Assembly (NCBI GenBank): GCA_011523635.1
Contig: WTGI01000009.1
Span: 16,781 to 80,780 of the forward strand
DNA: 64,000 nt
Origin: Acidimicrobiia bacterium
GTDB lineage: Bacteria; Actinomycetota; Acidimicrobiia; Spongiisociales; Spongiisociaceae
Direction of reading: 5' to 3'
This document shows, piece by piece, positions 36,185 through 44,766 of this stretch. The notes under the pieces were generated by a model. The model was not told the DNA's origin. It saw only the letters and a list, made by a program, of their open reading frames with translations, and ran no database searches. The first letter of the stretch is position 1. Each line of letters begins with the position of its first letter. Position numbers and translations under genes: made by a program.

Positions 36185-38446
36185 TCAGTCGTTCTCGAGG
36201 GTGTTGATGATCTGTTCACGCAGATCTTGGGGTCCGGGTTGGCTGAGGTCCTCGCAGACGACGCGTTGGATGTGTCCTGTGAAGGGGAAGGGTGGTTGGT
36301 AGTCGTCGCACACTGGCGTCCCGTAGTCCCCGCCGACCAGCAGGCGCCCTAGTCGGAACTGGGTGGTGAGAGGATTGTCCGAGAGGTCCATGGCGCCCAC
36401 CTCTTGACCATTCAGTGCCAGGCTGATGGTGTGGTCGGTCGCGTTCTCGGTGTGCAGGAGTTCGATCTTGTGGGTGCCTGCCGGAATCCGTCCGGCGGCC
36501 ACGAGCCGTTCGGGTGTGCCGCGCAGATTGAAGGTCAAGACGGGGTGGCCGTCTAGGAAGTAGAGGGCCCACCCTTGGTCGGTGAAGTGGTCCATCATGC
36601 CGAGCCGCTGGGTGCATATGATTCCGGCGGCGTTCCGATCTGCGCCTATTTCGATATCGGCGACGAGGCGGAAGCTGGACACGAGAGCGGAAGTGAGGAT
36701 GGGCCCTCCCCCGGGTAGGTAGACGTATCGGCGCCGGCCGACGTGCGGGGGTGGCTCGATGGCGGCGGCCTGGTTCGAATCCCAGAAGCCATCCATGAGC
36801 GGTAGAACGTGATTCCGGTCAGCTTCGCGCCACCAGAGTTCAACGAGGTCATCCAACCGCTCGGGGTACTCCCCCGCTACGTCATTCGCCTCTGAGAAGT
36901 CCTCCTCCAGGTTGTATAGCGACCACCGGTCCGACCCGTAGTCATCGCTGCCCTCGATGAGCTCGCGCTCGGCTTCCAGCATGCTGCCGACATGGTCGGT
37001 CGTCGCCTTCCAGCCCTCGTGGTAGATGGCGCGGGAACCCAACATCTCGAAATACTGGGGAGTCCGTTCTATCCGGGCGTCGGCTTCACGGAACGTGGGC
37101 AGGAGGCTCTCTCCGTGGAGGGGCTGCTGGTCGACACCGTCGAGCACGGCAGGGGTGTCGACTCCAGCTGTTTCGAGGATCGTGGGCATGAGGTCGATGG
37201 CGTGACAGAATTGCGGGCGCACATCGCCGTTGTGCTCGGCCGGGATGCCCGCCGGCCACCTCATGATGAGGGGGGTACGAACCCCGCCGAGCCAGGTATA
37301 TCGCTTCCAGAGCCGAAATGGCGTGTTGCCGGCCCAGGCCCATCCCCAGGCGTAGTCGCTCGCTACTCCTACTCCCCCGAGGTCGTCTACGTGCCTCGCC
37401 ATCGAGTCGATGTCATCTTTGGCTGCTCGGTGCCCGTAACGGCGCACCATGCCGTGGGGCCCTGCGTCGGCGCTGGCGCCGTTGTCGGACAGGAACATCA
37501 CCAGGGTGTTGTCGGCTATGCCCATCGCATCCAGGAACTCCATGAGGCGCCCTATCTGGGCGTCGGTATGCGTGACGAACCCGGCGTATACCTCCATCAT
37601 GCGGGCATAGAGTTGGCGTTCCTTGAGCGGCAGATCCTCCCATGGGGCCACCCAGGAGGGGCGCTCGGTGTTGATGGTGCCGGGTGGTACGACGCCCAGT
37701 TCCTTCTGTCTCAGGAAGGTGCGAGAACGCGCCGCCTCCCACCCGTCGTCGAACCGTCCGCGGTAGGGCTCGATCCAGGCGTCGGGGACCTGGTGAGGTG
37801 AGTGAGGCGCCGCGGTGGCGAAGTACAGGAAGAACGGCTTGTCGGGTGCTGCTTGCTGCTGATCCTGCATGAGCCGGATCGCTTGAGACGCCAGGTCCTC
37901 GGTCAGGTGATAGCCCTCCTCGGGGGTCAGTGGCGGCTCTACGAACCGGTTGTCGCAGACGAGATGCGGCGTCCACTGATCGGTCAGTGCGCCGAGAAAG
38001 CCGTAATAGCGCTCGAAGCCGAGACCGAGGGGCCAATGCTCGAACGGACCTGCCTGGTTGCGGTCGAAGCGGGGCGTCAGGTGCCACTTTCCCACCGCAA
38101 GGGTGCTGTACCCGGCGTCACGCATCAGCCTGGGAAGGGTTCCCGCAGACTTCGGGATCCGCCCGGTATAGCCGGGGAACCCCATCGGGACCTCGGGACC
38201 GATCCCCATACCGACCGCGTGATGGTTGCGACCTGTCATGAGCGTGGCTCTCGTCGGTCCGCATAGTGATGTGACGTGAAAACCGTTGTAGCGGAGGCCG
38301 TCGTCCGCGAGCAGGTCGATGTTGGGAGTGGCGATCTCGGCGCCGTAGCACCCGAGCTGCGCAAAACCCAAGTCGTCAAGGACGATCAGGACGACGTTCG
38401 GAGCACCCATGGGTTCGTTAATGATGGGGGTATCCGGGGAGCTCAC
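36185..38446 (-). CDS. arylsulfatase (formylglycine-dependent sulfatase family)
   Basis: LCGPTRATLMTGR (CxPxR FGly motif), GKWHL, and large sulfatase N- and C-domains. 753 aa. Confidence 0.8.
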   Translation of the reverse strand: MSSPDTPIINEPMGAPNVVLIVLDDLGFAQLGCYGAEIATPNIDLLADDGLRYNGFHVTSLCGPTRATLMTGRNHHAVGMGIGPEVPMGFPGYTGRIPKSAGTLPRLMRDAGYSTLAVGKWHLTPRFDRNQAGPFEHWPLGLGFERYYGFLGALTDQWTPHLVCDNRFVEPPLTPEEGYHLTEDLASQAIRLMQDQQQAAPDKPFFLYFATAAPHSPHQVPDAWIEPYRGRFDDGWEAARSRTFLRQKELGVVPPGTINTERPSWVAPWEDLPLKERQLYARMMEVYAGFVTHTDAQIGRLMEFLDAMGIADNTLVMFLSDNGASADAGPHGMVRRYGHRAAKDDIDSMARHVDDLGGVGVASDYAWGWAWAGNTPFRLWKRYTWLGGVRTPLIMRWPAGIPAEHNGDVRPQFCHAIDLMPTILETAGVDTPAVLDGVDQQPLHGESLLPTFREADARIERTPQYFEMLGSRAIYHEGWKATTDHVGSMLEAERELIEGSDDYGSDRWSLYNLEEDFSEANDVAGEYPERLDDLVELWWREADRNHVLPLMDGFWDSNQAAAIEPPPHVGRRRYVYLPGGGPILTSALVSSFRLVADIEIGADRNAAGIICTQRLGMMDHFTDQGWALYFLDGHPVLTFNLRGTPERLVAAGRIPAGTHKIELLHTENATDHTISLALNGQEVGAMDLSDNPLTTQFRLGRLLVGGDYGTPVCDDYQPPFPFTGHIQRVVCEDLSQPGPQDLREQIINTLEND

Positions 38447-38452
38447 GGGGCA

Positions 38453-39274
38453 TCAGATCCGGATTATGCGCGGATCGCCGCCGACGAACACCTTGCCCTT
38501 GAAGCCCCGCCGGACCTCGCGGGCCATGCGCCTCACCGCCCGCCGGCCGGTGGCATCTCCGTTCCCGCCGAAGTGCACGATTGCCACCATTCGCACACCC
38601 GCCTCCGAGGCGATTCGGCCCACATCCGTCGATGACGTGTGGAAATCCCCGAGACCCTTCTCCCGGATGATCTCGTCGGTGGCAGTGCACTCGTGGATGA
38701 GCAGGTCGGCTCCCTGGGCCAGCCGTATCATTTCGTCCGACGGCGCCGTGTCTCCCGAATAGGCCACTGATCCCTGTTCGGTATCCAACCGGTATGCCCA
38801 GGCGTCGAGAAACGGGGAGTGGGGAACGGCAGCCGCCGTGACCCTCCAATTCTCTCCCTCGTGGACGACCCCGGGGGCCTCCACGTCGCCGGCCAGTACC
38901 TCGATTCCCCCCGGATCCATGCCGACCGAGCCGTCTGTGCGAGAGGCGATGTCACGGGCATAGAAGCCGTCCGGGCCGATGAGGGCCTCGATGAGCGCGG
39001 CCGTGCCCTTCGGTCCGTAGACGGGGACCGGCTCGGTGCGCCCGGTGAGCCACGAGCCGAACAGGAACTCGACCAGGCTCATGTTGTGGTCGAAGTGGCT
39101 GTGCGAGATGAAGAGCGCCGATACCTCCGCCGGGGGGATGCCGACTCGGAAGAGACGGCTGACCGCTTTCCGGCCGCAGTCGAACATGACGTTGGTGTCC
39201 CCGAAGGACACGACATGGGCCGGGCCGCCTCGGGTGCGGTGCCACCACCCGGAGCCCAGAATCGCTACTCGCAT
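38453..39274 (-). CDS. MBL-fold metallo-hydrolase (RNase Z/ElaC-like)
   Basis: HSHFDH metal-binding motif and downstream His/Asp ligands. Confidence 0.7.
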   Translation of the reverse strand: MRVAILGSGWWHRTRGGPAHVVSFGDTNVMFDCGRKAVSRLFRVGIPPAEVSALFISHSHFDHNMSLVEFLFGSWLTGRTEPVPVYGPKGTAALIEALIGPDGFYARDIASRTDGSVGMDPGGIEVLAGDVEAPGVVHEGENWRVTAAAVPHSPFLDAWAYRLDTEQGSVAYSGDTAPSDEMIRLAQGADLLIHECTATDEIIREKGLGDFHTSSTDVGRIASEAGVRMVAIVHFGGNGDATGRRAVRRMAREVRRGFKGKVFVGGDPRIIRI

Positions 39275-39311
39275 GTCAGGTCCCAGGAGCCTGCGGTGGC
39301 CGCGGGGTTGC

Positions 39312-39851
39312 TCAAACCCCCGCCTTGTCGGTCACCAGGTCGGCGACCTGCAGCCATCCGTAGGCCACCTCAGCAAGGTCTGCTCCGGCGACGTCGATGG
39401 TTCTGCTGTCGATCGGTTCCCCTCCGAGCGCCTCGTAGAAACGGCACGCCGGATGGTTGTCCTTCGCCACCCACAGCAGCATCGAGTCGAACCCGTCCGC
39501 CAACAGCCTCTCCGCCACGGCCGAGACGAGGAGGCGCCCCAAACCCCTGCGCTGGTACTGCTCGAGCAGGTAGACGAGATAGAGCTCTCCCAGGTAAGTC
39601 TCGTTCCCGGTTCGCTCCGGCCCTCCCGCGGCCAAGCCGACCACATCACCGGACTCGGTTTCCGCGAGGAAGTTGCTGACGATGGGCCGCGCGGTCGTCA
39701 GGACCTGTTGCCAGAACGACTCCCTATCCCGGTACGAGAGTCCGGCCAAGAACTCGTCGGGCAAGATGCCGGCATAGGTGGACCGCCACGAATCGACGTG
39801 AACCCTGGCGAGCGAGCCGGCATCCCGCGGTTCCGCAGTCCTGATACGCAT
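39312..39851 (-). CDS. GNAT family N-acetyltransferase
   Basis: QRRGLGRLLV acetyl-CoA-binding motif. 179 aa. Confidence 0.7.
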   Translation of the reverse strand: MRIRTAEPRDAGSLARVHVDSWRSTYAGILPDEFLAGLSYRDRESFWQQVLTTARPIVSNFLAETESGDVVGLAAGGPERTGNETYLGELYLVYLLEQYQRRGLGRLLVSAVAERLLADGFDSMLLWVAKDNHPACRFYEALGGEPIDSRTIDVAGADLAEVAYGWLQVADLVTDKAGV

Positions 39852-39862
39852 GGATGTGCTGG

Positions 39863-40300
39863 CTAACCGGGGAAGGTGACCGGGCCTACTACGTCCTCAA
39901 CGTCGGCAGCGTCGATGACCACGCGGCCGCGGTCGATGGCCGACTGCTTCATGGTGTCGAGGTCCACTCCCGGCGGTGGCGGTGCGAAGCTGAGCACGAA
40001 CGAGACCGTGGCAGAACCCCGGTTCTCCACTCCGAAGGGCATCCCCCTCGGAATGTGGAGCGCGTCGCCGGGAGAAAGAGCCACACGGTCCTCGTCGAGG
40101 ATCCCGTCCAGGCGTCCCTCGAGCATGAACAGCGACAACTCGAACAGCTCGGCCTCCTCGGCATCGGGCGGCATGTAACCGCCCGCGGGCACGTGGGCCA
40201 CGTAGGAGAACAGTTCCTTCCCGGCGACCAGCGGCCGGTAGTAGTAGCCGTCGTCGGCGTGCTGGTAGGCCTCGACTTCGGTGAACCTTCGGATGGACAT
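39863..40300 (-). CDS. cupin domain protein
   Basis: Short beta-barrel sequence with G(X)5HxH-like and PxGxxH-like elements. The start is probably MSIRRF. The N-terminal Asn/Pro/Thr-rich extension in the track is doubtful. Confidence 0.45.
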   Translation of the reverse strand: MSIRRFTEVEAYQHADDGYYYRPLVAGKELFSYVAHVPAGGYMPPDAEEAELFELSLFMLEGRLDGILDEDRVALSPGDALHIPRGMPFGVENRGSATVSFVLSFAPPPPGVDLDTMKQSAIDRGRVVIDAADVEDVVGPVTFPG

Positions 40301-40373
40301 GATCACGGTCCCTGGGCAGGCGAATTCAGTGTCCCACCCTAGTGCTGGTCCTGATCGGGTCGAGTGTGGGTGG

Positions 40374-41608
40374 CTATCCGCCGGGGTGGGGTTGTTGGGG
40401 GTGGTATTTGTTGAGGAAGGCCTGGTAGGCGCGTTGTTGTTGTTCATGGGGGCTGAAGTATTCGAGGTTGGTGGGGTGCCGGTAGTGGGGCCAGGTTCGG
40501 GGTGGGAGGAGCCGGCGGCGGTGTGGTGGTGTGTGGGGGTCGATCTGCTGTCCGCGCCGGTGAACGGCGATGTGGTGGTGGTACCAGCAGAGCGTGGCGA
40601 GGTTGCCAGCCGTGTCGGCGCCGCCGTCGCGTCTGGGGATGACGTGGTGTGCCTGGAGCCGGTAGCTGCTCTGGCATGAGTCGATGACGCACTTGCGGTC
40701 CCTTGCGAGAACCGCTCGGCGGAGCCGTTTGGGAACGTGGCGCCGGGTTGGTCTGATCTCTACGACCTGGCCGTTGTTGATGGTGACGGGTTCGGTGCGT
40801 CCTTCGCATTCGACCGCCTCGACGGTTTGAGGTCCGACTCGTGGACCGTTGAACAGTTCGACTCCTTGGGTGTCATTCGATTGGTCTGCGAGGGTTTGGT
40901 CCTTGATCAACATGATGACCGGTTCCCGGCCGGCGGGGTCGCCTGGTGTGAGGTTCTGGTCCAGGTCGTCTTGGGCCATGGTGGTTAGCCCGATGGCCTG
41001 TTTCTGAGCGGGTGTCAGCTCAGAATCGGTGTCTGTGCCGTGGGTGAGGCGTGGGATCTGGTCGGAGCGGCGATCCAGGGCGTGGCGTACGATCTGGCCG
41101 TCGGTGGCAGTCAGCCTGCCTGAGAGGTGCCACACGGCGCCGTCATCCGACGCTCTCAGGTTGACGTACTGTCTCTCGAACGCGCTCCGCTCGTTTCCCC
41201 GGCTGATCTTGCGGAACCTGGTGGCCAGCTTCGTGACCCCGGCCAGGTCGAGATCCTCCGAGGCAGCGAGATCGGAGGGGCTGGCTCCAGCTTGCAGGAG
41301 ACGCTGCTGGGAGACGGTGCGGTCGAACGGCAGGTGGCCGCGTCCTATGAGGTCGATGGTGTCGTCGTCCAGCCGGGCGCCAGGTAGGCGAGATCACGCG
41401 CCACCGTATGAGGTATGTCCAGCCTCGATGCTGTCCAGTCGATGAGGGATCGGTATCCGTCCCGGACGATCCCCCGGTGGCGGACCACCATCTTGAGCCA
41501 GGCGAGCTGGCGGCCCCGGAGCCGGTCGATCTCCCCCTGGGCGTCTTTGAGGTTGTTCTCGGCGACCAGAATGGAGTCGGCGTCATGAAAAGTCGGTGTT
41601 TCGTACAT
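40374..41608 (-). pseudogene. DUF222 domain / HNH endonuclease (actinobacterial 13E12-type), apparently frameshifted
   Basis: The N-terminal DUF222-like segment (41345..41608) and the C-terminal HNH segment (CVIDSCQSSYRLQAHHVIPRRDGGADTAGNLATLCWYHHHIAVH, 40374..41135) lie in different frames with no single ORF joining them. Confidence 0.45.
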
Positions 41609-41742
41609 GCCAACTAATATAATGGCTGTCTATGACAAACTATTTCTTACAATCGCAGAAATCTAAAAAATTAACGATTTCGGCATACCCAACGGCTGGG
41701 TTGGGGGAAGCATCCCGGAGAGCAATTCGAGTTGGTCGGTGT

Positions 41743-42969
41743 TCATCCGGGCTGCTCGGCGAATACGTGGATGGTGCCCGAATAGGTCGATACCCATACC
41801 TCGTTGTTGAAGGGGTCGTAGGTGATGCCGATGGGTCTGGGGGTGGTGTCGAACTCCTGGAGGATCGTGAAGTCGCTGGTCCGTACCTTGCTCACGGTGT
41901 GCGACCTGTAGTTGACGACATATAGAGCCGTGCCATCGGAGGAGATATCCATGGTGCGGGGTGCCTGGCCGGTCCGTATGCGGCGGATGACCTGTCCCGA
42001 GTCGAGATCGACTGCTATGACCGCGTCCTCTCCGTTGAGCGTGGCGTACAGGGTCTTGCCGTCCGGGCTCAATACCAGGTGGCGGGGCGAGATCCCGACC
42101 TTGCGTATGTATGTCGGCGCCGGTGGGCTTGCCGTCCCGGTGTCGCCGTTCTCGGGTGAGAAGGCCGTAAGGTCGATGGCGGCTATGCCGGTGGACCCCA
42201 TCACGGCCACGTAGGCGGTCCCGCTGTCGCTCGTGACCGCAACTCCCCTCGGGTGGCGACCGACGTCGATCTCCGCGAGGGTCTTATGCGTGACCAGGTC
42301 GATCACGGTGACATCGAAGCCGCACCAGTTCGATACCACCAGGAGACGGTTGTCCGGCGTTACGGCCAGGTGTTTCGGTACGGGACCGACCGGATAGACA
42401 CGGTCGATCTCGAGCGCCGTAGTGTCTATGCGGTATACGAAACTGTCCTGTCCCTGGTCCTTCCCGCAGGTGTCGCTGCCGGCTTGCGGGTCGTATCCAG
42501 GACCGTACATGCGGTAGTTGGATACGAATGCGAACGATCCGTCCGACGTGAAGGCCGCCTCCACGGGTGCTCCCCGGTAGACATCTCCGGTGGCGTCATA
42601 CCCGAACTCCCGCAGGTTGACGGAGTCGTCGATGGTCTTGACGATGCGCTTCGTGTGGTCGAGGACCGAGATGGTGTGCCGGTACATCATGTTCTGAGCG
42701 AGGTACAACCCGGTTCCGGACGCCACGACCGATTTGGGGGCGAGATCGCCGGCGATCCGGGCCACCGGGTACATCACGAGCTGGTCGTTCTTCGGGCGCG
42801 GGATCGGCACCAGGAATCCGTTCACGACCATGGTGCCGAACGGCGCGGTGTCTGTCCGTGGCTCGCCGGCCGCCTCGACCGGGAGTGCCGGAGCGGGGAG
42901 TCCGAGGAGAAGGGCAACGCTCGCGGCCACGAAGCGGGACGCCACCCTCACGCGCATCGAGGTCGGCAT
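41743..42969 (-). CDS. secreted YVTN-family beta-propeller repeat protein
   Basis: Signal peptide (RFVAASVALLLGLPAPALPVEAAG). Repeated blades with motifs such as YVAVMGSTGIAAIDL, TLYATLNGEDAVIAVDLDSGQV, ALYVVNYRSHTVSKV. Flanked by AT-rich islands. Confidence 0.6.
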   Translation of the reverse strand: MPTSMRVRVASRFVAASVALLLGLPAPALPVEAAGEPRTDTAPFGTMVVNGFLVPIPRPKNDQLVMYPVARIAGDLAPKSVVASGTGLYLAQNMMYRHTISVLDHTKRIVKTIDDSVNLREFGYDATGDVYRGAPVEAAFTSDGSFAFVSNYRMYGPGYDPQAGSDTCGKDQGQDSFVYRIDTTALEIDRVYPVGPVPKHLAVTPDNRLLVVSNWCGFDVTVIDLVTHKTLAEIDVGRHPRGVAVTSDSGTAYVAVMGSTGIAAIDLTAFSPENGDTGTASPPAPTYIRKVGISPRHLVLSPDGKTLYATLNGEDAVIAVDLDSGQVIRRIRTGQAPRTMDISSDGTALYVVNYRSHTVSKVRTSDFTILQEFDTTPRPIGITYDPFNNEVWVSTYSGTIHVFAEQPG

Positions 42970-43142
42970 CCGGAACCGGATCGGCCTTTTGGAGGATGCC
43001 TTCCAAACATGTACAACATCATATCAACCCTCTATTATATGAATCAATCGCTCAATAGCAACTCCGGATTCCGTACCCCACCTGGGCCGGACTATGGACG
43101 GCGCGGTGGTAGGTTCTGGGGTGATCCATCGGTATCGGCGTT

Positions 43143-43892
43143 TTGGAGGTGGGTGTGAGGAGTCATGAGGTCGACTACCGGATTGTCGGTGATGACCTGC
43201 AATTCGTGGAGGTGGAACTGGACCCGCAGGAGACGGTGGTGGCCGAGTCCGGGGCGATGATGTATATCGAGGACGGCATCACGTTCGAGGTCAAGATGGG
43301 CGACGGGTCGGAGCCCAACCAGGGAGCCTGGGGAAGGCTCAAGTCGGCCGGCAAGCGGGCGCTGGCGGGCGAGTCGGTGTATCTCGGCCACTTCACCAAC
43401 GAGGGCGGCGGCCGGCGCAAGGTTGCGTTCGCAGCTCCGTATCCGGGAAAGATCGTGCCGCTCGACCTCGCGCAGCTCGGTGGCCGGATCCGGGCCCAGC
43501 GGAACGCGTTTCTCTGCGCGGCGCGGGGCACCAAACTCGATATCGCCCTCAACCGGAAGCTCGGCGTCGGCTTCTTCGGCGGCGAGGGTTTCATCCTCCA
43601 GGACATCTCGGGCGACGGGATGGCGTTCTTACACGCCGGCGGCACCATCGTCGAGAAGCACTTGACCGGCGAGAAACTCCGGATAGACACCGGTTGCGTG
43701 GTGGCGTTCGAGCCCCAGATCGAGTTTTCGATCGAGCGGGCCGGACGGGCGTCGACCATGTTCCTGGGCGGCGAGGGGCTGTTTCTGGCGACCCTGGAAG
43801 GCGCCGGACGGGTCTGGTTGCAGTCGCTCCCCTTCAGCAAGGTGGTCGACGAGGTCATCCGCCACATCCCGCCGCCCAGCAGCAGCGGCTAG
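43143..43892 (+). CDS. AIM24/TIGR00266 family protein
   Basis: Characteristic N-terminus ([30 protein letters not shown]) and C-terminus ([11 protein letters not shown]). Confidence 0.65.
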   Translation: MEVGVRSHEVDYRIVGDDLQFVEVELDPQETVVAESGAMMYIEDGITFEVKMGDGSEPNQGAWGRLKSAGKRALAGESVYLGHFTNEGGGRRKVAFAAPYPGKIVPLDLAQLGGRIRAQRNAFLCAARGTKLDIALNRKLGVGFFGGEGFILQDISGDGMAFLHAGGTIVEKHLTGEKLRIDTGCVVAFEPQIEFSIERAGRASTMFLGGEGLFLATLEGAGRVWLQSLPFSKVVDEVIRHIPPPSSSG

Positions 43893-43909
43893 CGGCCTGA
43901 GTCGGCCAA

Positions 43910-44076
43910 GAACGCGAAAATCGCGGGAGCGGGCTCCGCCCGCCGGGCCCTCCCCACCGCCACCACCTTGGTCGGGGCGCGTTTTGCTATGCCCTGGTGG
44001 GGGCTGCCCCGAACGATTTGATCCGTCGAGAGGCCTGGTAGACGTCCGAACCGGGCCGTTGGTAATTACGGTTATC
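43910..44076 (-). repeat. Copy 3 of the repeated structured element (minus orientation, 5' half diverged)
   Basis: The reverse complement carries ...AAGGTGGTGGCGGTGGGGAGGGCCCGGCGGGC-GGA-GCCCGCTCCCGCGATTTTCGCGTTC. It has the same G-tract, a GGA-loop hairpin with covarying stem, and an identical terminal CGCGATTTTCGCGTTC. It lies directly downstream of msrB on the same strand. Confidence 0.5.
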
Positions 44077-44157
44077 CACTAACATACAACGGTGGTGTGA
44101 CATGTTCAACCCCTCTGTGGAGGTGACCGCCGCAGGTTGTGGGGAATCCCAGCCGGG

Positions 44158-44571
44158 TCAGTCGCGTTCCAGGTCGAGCGAGGCGGAGTTCATGCAGTAG
44201 CGCTGGCCGGTCGGCTGCGGGCCGTCGGGGAAGACGTGGCCCAGATGTGACTCGCAATTGCCGCACACCACCTCGGTACGCACCATGCCGTAGCTGTAGT
44301 CGTGGCGCTCCTCCACCGGGGCTCCGTCGACCGATTCGTAGAAGCTCGGCCATCCGGTCCCGGAGTCGTACTTGGTCTCGCTGCGGAACAGCGGGATCCC
44401 ACAGCCGACGCACATGTAAGTGCCGGCGTCCTTGGTGTTCCAGTACTCGCCGCTGAAGGCCCTCTCGGTACCGGCTTCGCGAGCCACGTGGTACTGCATC
44501 GGGGTCAGCTTCTCCCGCCACTCCTCCTCGGTTTGCGGGATGGCGGCTGCTTTGCTCGGGGTCGGGGTCAT
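44158..44571 (-). CDS. msrB: peptide-methionine (R)-S-oxide reductase
   Basis: CxxC...CxxC zinc motif ([11 protein letters not shown]...[14 protein letters not shown]) and catalytic region (RYCMNSASL). Confidence 0.8.
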   Translation of the reverse strand: MTPTPSKAAAIPQTEEEWREKLTPMQYHVAREAGTERAFSGEYWNTKDAGTYMCVGCGIPLFRSETKYDSGTGWPSFYESVDGAPVEERHDYSYGMVRTEVVCGNCESHLGHVFPDGPQPTGQRYCMNSASLDLERD

Positions 44572-44766
44572 TCTCCGGTTCCTTCCCTTGGTGGCGCTGG
44601 CTTCCGACGCGACTGGCAGGCTCCGTACGACCGACAACGGAATCGGTGCCAGGACCCCTGCAATAGCGATCGCAATGATCCTATCCTTATGTCATGGCAA
44701 CTGAACATGAACGCCCGGGCGGGGCTGTCAACAGACTCCCCGGCCCAATGATCCTAACCCTGTCCC

